Virus record (IMG/VR): IMGVR_UViG_2791355488_000009
From: an uncultured virus (IMG/VR IMGVR_UViG_2791355488_000009)
Taxonomy: Duplodnaviria > Heunggongvirae > Uroviricota > Caudoviricetes
Length of the DNA stretch: 64,000 nt
Direction: 5' to 3' (one strand)
Made by a program: the position numbers and the translations under genes
The notes under the pieces: generated by a model
Database searches by the model: none
What the model was told of the DNA's origin: nothing
What the model saw: only the letters and a program-made list of their open reading frames with translations
In this document: positions 47,489 to 55,223 of the stretch, in pieces
Position numbering within the stretch: the stretch's first letter is position 1
How the letters are laid out: every line of letters begins with the position of its first letter

Positions 47489-47713
47489 ATGACTACGGCA
47501 GAAATGATTAAAGAACTGTGTGAGCAAATGAATATAAGTGTTTCCGAACTTGCTAGACGTATTGGCCAGACTCCACAGAATTTCAATAAAAAATTACAAC
47601 GAGAAACAGTAACCTTGGATGAGTTGAAGGCCATTGCTGATGTGCTAGGTGTCAAGTTTGTGCAGGCATTTATTTTACCAGATGGAGAAGAAATAAAAAT
47701 ATCTAACGAATAA
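47489..47713 (+). CDS. XRE-family HTH regulator
   Basis: ISVSELARRIGQTPQNFNKKL. Confidence 0.85.
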   Translation: MTTAEMIKELCEQMNISVSELARRIGQTPQNFNKKLQRETVTLDELKAIADVLGVKFVQAFILPDGEEIKISNE

Positions 47714-47727
47714 AGGAGGATGTTTAT

Positions 47728-48597
47728 ATGGTAGGTAATGTTATTCAAATAGTAACAGAGAAATTATCATCTTTGCCTTTTATAGAAGGCATCGTATTAG
47801 GGGGCTCACGTGCAAGAGGCACCCATACAGAAAATTCTGATATAGATATCGGAATCTATTACAATTCAGACTCATTTGACCTGACAGCGATTAATCAAAT
47901 TGCTACAGAATTGGATGATAAAAATAGAAACAACCTTGTTGTGCCTCCCGGAGCGTGGGGTGATTGGATTAATGGCGGCGGATGGTTATTTATAAATGGG
48001 TATCATGTTGACTTGATTTTACGTGATATAAAACGGGTAGAACAAATAATCAAAGATACGGAGCAAGGAATTGTTACTGCCAATTATCAGACCGGGCATC
48101 CCCATGGTTATATAAGTGCTATGTATCGTGGAGAATTAGCGATTAGTAAAATACTATATGCTAAGAACGAAAGCTTATGCGAATTAAAAAAGCAGGCAGA
48201 AATTTACCCTACTGCTCTAAAGAAAAGCTTGATGAACTTTTTTATATTTGAAGCTGAATTCTCTTTAATGTTTGTAAAAGCAAATGCGGGGGTAGAGGAT
48301 AAATATTATATTGCAGGCCATGTTTTTCGTATTATTTCATGCTTAAATCAAGTACTATTTGCATGTAATAATGCTTATTGCATTAACGAAAAGAAAGCTA
48401 TAAAACTGCTTGAAACTTTTGAATATAAACCTGAAAAATATGCCGAAAGAGTTAATCATATTTTTGAAGTACTCGGTCTTTCTCTTTTTGAATGCTACGA
48501 TATGACCGAGAAACTTTATAAAGAAGTGAAAGAAATTGCAACGGAGATAAATAACTTTTTAAACGAGGAGAATTTAAATGAAAGAAAACAAATATGA
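47728..48597 (+). CDS. Nucleotidyltransferase domain protein (aadE-cluster associated type)
   Basis: GGSRARG...SDIDIG Pol-beta motif; WINGGGW; INEKKA. Confidence 0.85.
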   Translation: MVGNVIQIVTEKLSSLPFIEGIVLGGSRARGTHTENSDIDIGIYYNSDSFDLTAINQIATELDDKNRNNLVVPPGAWGDWINGGGWLFINGYHVDLILRDIKRVEQIIKDTEQGIVTANYQTGHPHGYISAMYRGELAISKILYAKNESLCELKKQAEIYPTALKKSLMNFFIFEAEFSLMFVKANAGVEDKYYIAGHVFRIISCLNQVLFACNNAYCINEKKAIKLLETFEYKPEKYAERVNHIFEVLGLSLFECYDMTEKLYKEVKEIATEINNFLNEENLNERKQI

Positions 48598-49315
48598 TGA
48601 TAATATATTTTTTCAAAAATACAGTCAAATGAGTCGCTCACAGCAGGGACTAGCTGGTGCAGGAGAATGGGAAACATTGAAAAAGCTGCTACCGGATTTT
48701 AAAGATAAGCGTGTGCTTGATTTAGGATGCGGCTATGGATGGCACTGTATTTATGCGATGGAACACGGTGCTTCTTCTGTTGTAGGTGTTGATATTTCTC
48801 ATAAAATGCTTGAAGTAGCAAAAGAAAAAACTCATTTTCCAGAAGTTGAATATGAATGCTGTGCCATAGAGGATATCGATTTTCCAGAGGAGAGTTTTGA
48901 TGTAATATTAAGTTCACTTGCGTTTCATTATATAGAAGGCTATGAGGATTTGATTAATAACTTGTATATAATGTTAAAACCAAATGGAATACTTATTTTT
49001 ACGGTTGAACATCCTGTTTTTACTTCCTATGGAACACAAGACTGGCATTATAACGAAAAAGGAGAAATACTGCATTTCCCGGTGGACAATTATTATTATG
49101 AGGGAAAACGAACAGCTGTATTTTTGAGAGAAAAGGTTACGAAATATCATAGAACACTGACCACATATCTAAACACACTGCTTTCAAATGGTTTTATAAT
49201 AAATCAGATTGTGGAGCCACAGCCACCAGAAAACATGATGGATATTCCGGGAATGGAGGATGAAATGCGCCGTCCCATGATGTTGATTGTATCTGCAAGA
49301 AAAGGATGCAAATAA
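48578..49315 (+). CDS. Class I SAM-dependent methyltransferase (aadE-cluster associated type)
   Basis: VLDLGCGYG, SSLAFHY, EHP, KYHRTL. Confidence 0.9.
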   Translation: MKENKYDDNIFFQKYSQMSRSQQGLAGAGEWETLKKLLPDFKDKRVLDLGCGYGWHCIYAMEHGASSVVGVDISHKMLEVAKEKTHFPEVEYECCAIEDIDFPEESFDVILSSLAFHYIEGYEDLINNLYIMLKPNGILIFTVEHPVFTSYGTQDWHYNEKGEILHFPVDNYYYEGKRTAVFLREKVTKYHRTLTTYLNTLLSNGFIINQIVEPQPPENMMDIPGMEDEMRRPMMLIVSARKGCK

Positions 49316-49693
49316 TATAGAAACCCATATGACCCTAATCAAGTTTCCGAAAAATTAAATGACCTGTTGGAAGACTTTTACGTAAAAGATAAGAAGGGGA
49401 TATATGAATATATTTTGGGTGGCTGTCTAGATTCACGATTATTGAATATTCGTATATTTGCTGAACCTACAAAAACAAGTGTATATCAATCACAAACAAG
49501 TAATGCAAAAGAGCAAGGAGTTTCTAACTGCCCATTATGTGCTATTGGCAGTAATAACAATAAAAGTAGAATATACAAGCAGAGCGAAATGGATGCAGAC
49601 CATGTCACAGCTTGGAGCAAAGGTGGTTCAACGGATGTAGGCAATTGTCAGATGCTTTGTAAAACTCATAATAGAGCAAAGGGTAATAAATAG
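49316..49693 (+). pseudogene. 5'-truncated HNH endonuclease (C-terminus of a DUF262-HNH-type protein)
   Basis: CPLC...MDADHVTAWSKGG.T...NCQMLCKTHNRAKGN; no SD/start; frame opens right after the MTase stop. Confidence 0.65.
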
Positions 49694-49749
49694 AATCACG
49701 ACATATCAAAACACTTTTATACAATAAACTATATTTCTTAGATTGATTC

Positions 49750-49893
49750 ATTGATATGTTTCCACATACGCAAGCCCTCAGTGGATATGTTCCCTCAAAG
49801 ACAATAATGTTCAAGTGACTAATTTTTGACAGCTATGACTTCCTCTTAACACATGTAGAGACTATCGTGTTGATACAACGAGCAGATACGTAG
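49750..49893 (+). other. Fragments of the rlmD/rumA 3' end (att scars, probable attR)
   Basis: IDMFPHT (49750-49770), VDMFPQ (49781-49798), THVETIVLIQRADT* (49849-49893). Confidence 0.7.
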
Positions 49894-50220
49894 AAATCCT
49901 TAGTTTTAGGCACTTTTTCAAGCATATCGTCTTTACTGGTGAGGGGGATAAAATCAGAAATAAAGTGATTAAAAATTATATCAATGTTTCTGTGGTGGTT
50001 GATATAGAGTGTGGGGATACAACGAAATAAAGATTAAGATTTAAGGGGTACTGTAAAATGGTACTCCTTTTCTCTTGTTCAAGGCGTTCAGAAATGAGCG
50101 TCTTTTTTCTTGCCAAAAACCAGAAAGGAAGTGATACCATATCACAGCCAAAACAGCAGGAGCGTTCGCCGCCCATAATTATTTTTGAACGCCAGTCAGA
50201 TGAAAACTGGCAGGAATACT

Positions 50221-50340
50221 CCTTATTCTGCTTAATTGCGCTCTTACCTGTCTGAATGGGATTTGTCAAGGGTGCGAAGCACAAAGCCTGCCCTTGATAA
50301 ATTTCATTTAGACGGGTATTATCCGCAAAGCAGAATGAGG
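50221..50340 (+). other. 120-nt long stem-loop upstream of orf23
   Basis: 28-bp inner stem 50245-50272/50291-50318, 13-bp outer stem, GCGAAGC in loop. Confidence 0.65.
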
Positions 50341-50390
50341 TTATGTGTCACATGAAAACATTCATTTTTAGAAAGGAAAGGTAAAAACAT

Positions 50391-50705
50391 ATGGAACTGA
50401 AATTTGTTATCCCAAACGTAGAAAAGACATTTGGCAGTCTGGAATTTGCCGGAGAAAACAAAGTGGAACAGCGAAGAATCAACGGAAAAATGACCCTGCT
50501 GTCACGCAGCTTTAACCTATACTCGGACATTCAGAGGGCAGACGATATTCTTGTGATTCTTCCGGCAGAAGCAGGTGAAAAGCATTTTGACTTTGAAGAA
50601 AAAGTAAAGTTGCTTAACCCACGTATTACGGCAGAGGGCTATAAAATTGGTACTCGTGGTTTCACGAATTATATTTTGCACGCTGACGATTTGGTAAAAG
50701 CATAA
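50391..50705 (+). CDS. Tn916 Orf23-like (YdcP/DUF961, HelP-like)
   Basis: MELKFVIPN.EKTFG.LEFAG, LYSDIQRAD. Confidence 0.9.
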   Translation: MELKFVIPNVEKTFGSLEFAGENKVEQRRINGKMTLLSRSFNLYSDIQRADDILVILPAEAGEKHFDFEEKVKLLNPRITAEGYKIGTRGFTNYILHADDLVKA

Positions 50706-50725
50706 GGAAAGAGAGGAATTATTCT

Positions 50726-51109
50726 ATGAGATTAGCAAACGGAATTGTAATTGATAAGGACGCAACCTTTGGTATGTTAAAGTTTTCTGCTCTCCGTCGT
50801 GAGGTTCATATTCAGAATGAGGACGGAACCGTATCAGACGAAATTAAGGAGCGAACCTATGATTTGAAATCAAAAGGTCAGGGCTGCATGATTCAGGTCA
50901 GTATTCCTGCAACTGTGCCGTTGAAAGAGTTTGATTATAATGCAGAAGTGGAGCTTGTCAATCCGGTAGCGGATACGGTGGCGACAGCTACCTTTCAAGG
51001 GGCAACTGTGGACTGGTATATCAAAGCAGAGGATATTATCTTGAAAAAGGGTGCTGCTTCTGCCGGAAATCCGCAGCCGCCGAAAAAGGATATGTCTGCC
51101 GGAAAGTAA
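50726..51109 (+). CDS. Tn916 Orf22-like (YdcP/DUF961)
   Basis: MRLANGIVIDK..TFG.LKFSALRREV. Confidence 0.9.
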   Translation: MRLANGIVIDKDATFGMLKFSALRREVHIQNEDGTVSDEIKERTYDLKSKGQGCMIQVSIPATVPLKEFDYNAEVELVNPVADTVATATFQGATVDWYIKAEDIILKKGAASAGNPQPPKKDMSAGK

Positions 51110-51161
51110 AAGTTCCTATTAAGCAGGAGCTTTCAAAGCAAAGAAAAGGAGTGATTCAGAC

Positions 51162-52556
51162 ATGAAACAGTCTTTCTTCCGTGGAAAGCGGATTCGCTCC
51201 ACGGACAAGGAGTTAGTTTTCCATGTTACCCTTGCCGCCCTCCTTCCGGTCTTTCTGCTGATTGTTCTGCTGTTTCATGGCAAGGCAATCATGCAGATGG
51301 ACTGGAAGAACAGCTCTCTTTTGCAGATAAGCAACATCAGTTTCCCTTATCTACTTATCAGCATGGGCGTGGCAGGCATCATATGTCTGGCATTGGCTGT
51401 GCTGTTTTATCATTATCGTCGTGATGATGTGAAACAGCTCTATCACCGTCAAAAACTGGCGAAAATGATTCTGGAAAACAAGTGGTATGAAGCAGAGCAG
51501 GTACAATCTGACGGATTCTTTAAAGACCTATCTTCCAGCCGTACTAAAGAGAAAATTACCTATTTCCCAAAACTGTACTATCAGCTTCAAAACGGGCTGA
51601 TTCACATTCGGGTAGAAATTACGTTGGGGAAATATCAAGACCAGCTTTTGCATTTGGAAAAGAAGCTGGAAAGTGGCTTGTACTGTGAGCTGACCGACAA
51701 AGAATTAAAGGATTCCTATGTGGAATATACCCTGCTCTATGATACCATTGCAAACCGGATTTTCATAGAAGACGTACAGGCACAGGGCGGCAGGCTCCGA
51801 TTGATGAAAAATGTGTGGTGGGAGTATGACAAGCTCCCCCATATGCTCATTGCTGGGGGAACGGGCGGCGGCAAAACATACTTTATCCTGACACTGGTGG
51901 AAGCCCTGCTCCGCACCAATGCCGTACTTTTTATCTTAGACCCGAAGAACGCTGACCTTGCCGATTTACAAACCGTTATGCCAAATGTCTACTATAAAAA
52001 AGAGGATATGCTTGCCTGCATTGATTCGTTCTATGAAGAAATGATGAAGCGCAGCGAAGATATGAAGCAGATGGAGGGCTACAAGACAGGTGAAAACTAT
52101 GCCTACTTAGGACTTCCAGCTCATTTTCTTATCTTTGATGAATATGTTGCGTTTATGGAAATGCTGGGAACCAAAGAAAACACTGCTGTTTTGAATAAAC
52201 TGAAACAGATTGTCATGCTGGGACGGCAGGCAGGCTTTTTTCTCATTCTTGCCTGCCAGCGTCCAGACGCAAAATATTTAGGGGACGGAATCCGTGACCA
52301 GTTTAATTTCCGTGTCGCTTTGGGACGTATGTCAGAAATGGGTTACGGTATGATGTTTGGGGAAACCGACAAGGACTTTTTCTTAAAGCAGATAAAGGGA
52401 CGTGGCTATGTAGATACAGGAACTAGCGTCATATCGGAGTTTTACACACCTCTTGTACCAAAAGGACATGACTTTTTAAAAGAAATAAAAGTTCTGATAG
52501 ACAGCAGGCAGGCGGCACAGGCGGCGTGCGAAGCGAAAGCCGCAGGTGCAGACTGA
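51162..52556 (+). CDS. FtsK/SpoIIIE coupling protein (Orf21-like)
   Basis: Two N-terminal TMs; PHMLIAGGTGGGKT; FDEY; QRPDA. Confidence 0.95.
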   Translation: MKQSFFRGKRIRSTDKELVFHVTLAALLPVFLLIVLLFHGKAIMQMDWKNSSLLQISNISFPYLLISMGVAGIICLALAVLFYHYRRDDVKQLYHRQKLAKMILENKWYEAEQVQSDGFFKDLSSSRTKEKITYFPKLYYQLQNGLIHIRVEITLGKYQDQLLHLEKKLESGLYCELTDKELKDSYVEYTLLYDTIANRIFIEDVQAQGGRLRLMKNVWWEYDKLPHMLIAGGTGGGKTYFILTLVEALLRTNAVLFILDPKNADLADLQTVMPNVYYKKEDMLACIDSFYEEMMKRSEDMKQMEGYKTGENYAYLGLPAHFLIFDEYVAFMEMLGTKENTAVLNKLKQIVMLGRQAGFFLILACQRPDAKYLGDGIRDQFNFRVALGRMSEMGYGMMFGETDKDFFLKQIKGRGYVDTGTSVISEFYTPLVPKGHDFLKEIKVLIDSRQAAQAACEAKAAGAD

Positions 52557-52563
52557 CTAGCTG

Positions 52564-52618
52564 GCTGGTGTGGCGTAAGCCACGCCAGCACAGAACCCCC
52601 CGTATCTAACAGGGGGGT
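52564..52618 (+). other. oriT / nic site of Tn916 type
   Basis: gctggtgtggc-gtaa-gccacgccagc hairpin and acccccc-gtatctaaca-ggggggt between orf21 and relaxase. Confidence 0.85.
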
Positions 52619-52745
52619 ACAAATCAACAGAAAACAGAATAAAAAAAGGCGAAAATCCTTTGTGGCATAAGGGTTTTCTATAAAAATGGCGTATGTCGGC
52701 TTGGTATGAAAAGTTGACATACGTTTTTTGATGGGAGGGATTTTA

Positions 52746-53948
52746 CTGAATATTAATACATGGATACAGGAACTACGGGAAAAACGTTCCGCTTATGGCG
52801 TTTCCCAAAGAAGACTTGCGGTAGCTGCCGGAATCACACGCCAGTATTTAAGCGATATGGAAACTGGAAAGATAGTTCCATCAGAGGAATTGCAAATGTC
52901 CATTCTGGAAGCACTGGAACGTTTCAATCCTGATTCTCCGCTGGAACTGCTCTTTGACTATGTGCGGATTCGCTTTCCAACGCTGGACGTAAAACACATT
53001 GTTCAGGACGTTTTGAAGTTAAAGCTGTCCTATCTGCTCCATCAGGATTATGGTTTTTATTCCTATGCAGAGCATTATTCGCTGGGAGATATTTTCGTAC
53101 TGGTATCCCCCGAACAGGAAAAGGGGGTTCTCTTGGAGCTAAAAGGGCGTGGCTGCCGCCAGTTTGAAAGCTATCTGCTGGCACAGGAACGAAGCTGGTA
53201 TGAATTTTTTATGGATTGTCTGGTTGAGGGTGGTGTGATGAAGCGGCTTGACCTTGCCATCAATGACAAGGCAGGCATTTTAAATATTCCAAACCTTACG
53301 GAAAAGTGCCGAAAAGAAGAATGTATCTCGGTCTTTCGTAGCTTTAAAAGTTACCGCAGCGGCGAACTGGTACGGCGTGAGGAAAAGGAATGTATGGGAA
53401 ATACGCTTTATATCGGCTCTTTGCAAAGTGAAGTGTACTTTTGCATTTATGAAAAGGATTATGAGCAGTACAAGAAAAACGATATTCCCATAGAAGAAGC
53501 AGAAATTAAAAACCGCTTTGAAATCCGGCTGAAAAATGAGCGTGCCTATCATGCTTTATGTGACCTGCTTTTTTATGACAATCCAGAACGCACCGCTTTC
53601 AAGATTATCAACCGATATGTCCGGTTCGTGGACAGGGATAATACAAAGCCTCGTTCCGACTGGCAGCTCAACGAAGAATGGGCATGGTTTATCGGGGAGA
53701 ATCGGGAAAGTATGAAGCTGACCACGAAGCCGGAGCCATATTCCTTTCAGCGTACCTTAAACTGGCTTTCCCATCAGGTAGCCCCCACGTTAAAGGTAGC
53801 CATGAAAATAGATGAAATCAATCATACGCAGGTGGTAAAGGACATTATCACCCATGCAAAATTAACGGAACGGCACAGAACCATTTTAAAACAGCAAGCC
53901 GCTTCTGTAGAAGAATTGATTGTCAAGGAAACAGATATTGCCCTGTAA
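52746..53948 (+). CDS. MOBT relaxase with N-terminal XRE HTH (Orf20-like); probable CTG start
   Basis: ggaggg SD then CTG 52746; HTH, FDYVRIRF, RLDLAIND, YEKDYEQ, NRFEIRL. Confidence 0.9.
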   Translation: MNINTWIQELREKRSAYGVSQRRLAVAAGITRQYLSDMETGKIVPSEELQMSILEALERFNPDSPLELLFDYVRIRFPTLDVKHIVQDVLKLKLSYLLHQDYGFYSYAEHYSLGDIFVLVSPEQEKGVLLELKGRGCRQFESYLLAQERSWYEFFMDCLVEGGVMKRLDLAINDKAGILNIPNLTEKCRKEECISVFRSFKSYRSGELVRREEKECMGNTLYIGSLQSEVYFCIYEKDYEQYKKNDIPIEEAEIKNRFEIRLKNERAYHALCDLLFYDNPERTAFKIINRYVRFVDRDNTKPRSDWQLNEEWAWFIGENRESMKLTTKPEPYSFQRTLNWLSHQVAPTLKVAMKIDEINHTQVVKDIITHAKLTERHRTILKQQAASVEELIVKETDIAL

Positions 53949-53975
53949 TTCGGGCAAAAAGAAAGGAGCAATTTT

Positions 53976-54197
53976 ATGAATTTCGGACAGAACTTATACA
54001 ACTGGTTTTTAACCAATGCACAATCGATGGTCTTGCTGGCAATCGTAGTCATTGGATTGTACTTAGGCTTTAAGCGTGAATTTTCCAAACTGATTGGATT
54101 TTTGGTGATTGCCTTAATTGCGGTTGGGTTGGTATTCAATGCTGCCGGCGTAAAAGATATTTTGCTGGAACTGTTCAATAAGATTATCGGAGCATAA
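53976..54197 (+). CDS. Orf19-like membrane protein
   Basis: MNFGQNLYNWFL.NAQ, KREFSKLIGF. Confidence 0.85.
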   Translation: MNFGQNLYNWFLTNAQSMVLLAIVVIGLYLGFKREFSKLIGFLVIALIAVGLVFNAAGVKDILLELFNKIIGA

Positions 54198-54246
54198 TGT
54201 AAAACAACCCAATCATTTTCAAGCAGAAAGGACGTGAGAATTTCAC

Positions 54247-54747
54247 ATGGAAATGCAGGTTTATATCTCGAACCTCGGTAAATACAATGAGGGTGAATTG
54301 GTCGGTGCATGGTTCACCCCTCCCATTGACCCCGAAGATGTAAAAGAAAAAATCGGGCTGAACAGTGAATATGAGGAATACGCTATTCATGATTATGAGC
54401 TGCCGTTTGATATTAACGAGTATACAACCATTGAGGACATTAACCGCCTGTGTGCTTTGGCGGAAGAACTTTCGGGTACACCGATTGAATCCGAAATGAA
54501 AGAGATTCAGCAAGCCTTTTTTAGCAGCTTTGAAGAAATGGCAGAACACGCAGACGACATTATCTGCTATCCCAATTGTGATGATATGGCAGACGTGGCA
54601 AGATACTTTATTGAAGAAACGGGAGCCTTGGGCGAAGTGCCTGCCAGTCTTCAAAACTATATTGACTATGAAGCCTATGGGCGTGACTTGGAGCTGGACG
54701 GCAACTTTCTAGTCACGGCTCATGGCGTATTTGAATATGCAGGATAG
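54247..54747 (+). CDS. ardA: Antirestriction protein ArdA
   Basis: VYISNLGKYNEGELVGAWF, YIDYEAYGRDL; highly acidic. Confidence 0.95.
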   Translation: MEMQVYISNLGKYNEGELVGAWFTPPIDPEDVKEKIGLNSEYEEYAIHDYELPFDINEYTTIEDINRLCALAEELSGTPIESEMKEIQQAFFSSFEEMAEHADDIICYPNCDDMADVARYFIEETGALGEVPASLQNYIDYEAYGRDLELDGNFLVTAHGVFEYAG

Positions 54748-54767
54748 CAACATAACGTAACTTTATG

Positions 54768-54797
54768 GGCAGTTCTTTTTTAGGGACTGCCCTTTTT
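54768..54797 (+). terminator. Hairpin with T-tract after ardA
   Basis: gggcagttc-tttttag-ggactgccc-ttttt. Confidence 0.55.
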
Positions 54798-54830
54798 CAT
54801 GGAAATTTTGAAAAGAAAGGACAGGTTTTT

Positions 54831-55223
54831 ATGAAGAAAATACGAAGCTATACCAGTATCTGGTCGGTGGAAAAAGTGCTTTACTCCATCAATGACTTTA
54901 AGCTGCCGTTTCCTATCACCTTTACCCAAATGACGTGGTTTGTGGTGTCACTGTTTCTGGTGATACTCTTTGGCAGCTTGCCGCCGCTATCTCTGATAGA
55001 CGGGGCTTTTCTCAAATACTTTGGGATTCCGCTTGCCATTACCTGGTTCATGAGCCAGAAAACCTTTGACGGAAAGAAGCCTTACGGTTTTCTAAAGTCA
55101 GTCGTGACCTATCTGGCACGCCCCAAAATCACCTATGCCGGAAAGCCTGTGAAGCTGCAAACAAAGCGGCATACCGAAGCCATCACAGCAGTTAGGAGTG
55201 AAGTCTATGACGTATCCAATTAA
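54831..55223 (+). CDS. Orf17-like (TcpE family) conjugation protein
   Basis: MKKIRSYTSIWSVEKVLY, FDGKKPY. Confidence 0.9.
   Translation: MKKIRSYTSIWSVEKVLYSINDFKLPFPITFTQMTWFVVSLFLVILFGSLPPLSLIDGAFLKYFGIPLAITWFMSQKTFDGKKPYGFLKSVVTYLARPKITYAGKPVKLQTKRHTEAITAVRSEVYDVSN

Larger units (their letters stand above)
1..49893 (+). mobile_element. Prophage (siphovirus-type, triple serine recombinase, probably integrated at the rlmD/rumA 3' end); left end outside window
   Basis: Contiguous replication, packaging, head, tail, lysis and recombinase genes; rlmD-like 3' fragments at 49750-49893 mark the probable right end. Confidence 0.85.

Noticed and set aside
49976..50284. Minus-strand 102-aa ORF, overlapping plus-strand 65-aa ORF, and a possible inverted att-like relic near 49990-50025
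   Set aside because: No convincing SD or protein motifs; similarity to att sequences too weak to call by eye
54247..54747. ArdA as a counter to the neighbouring prophage RM system
   Set aside because: ArdA is a standard Tn916 gene acting on type I RM; no evidence of a link to the LlaJI-like cassette
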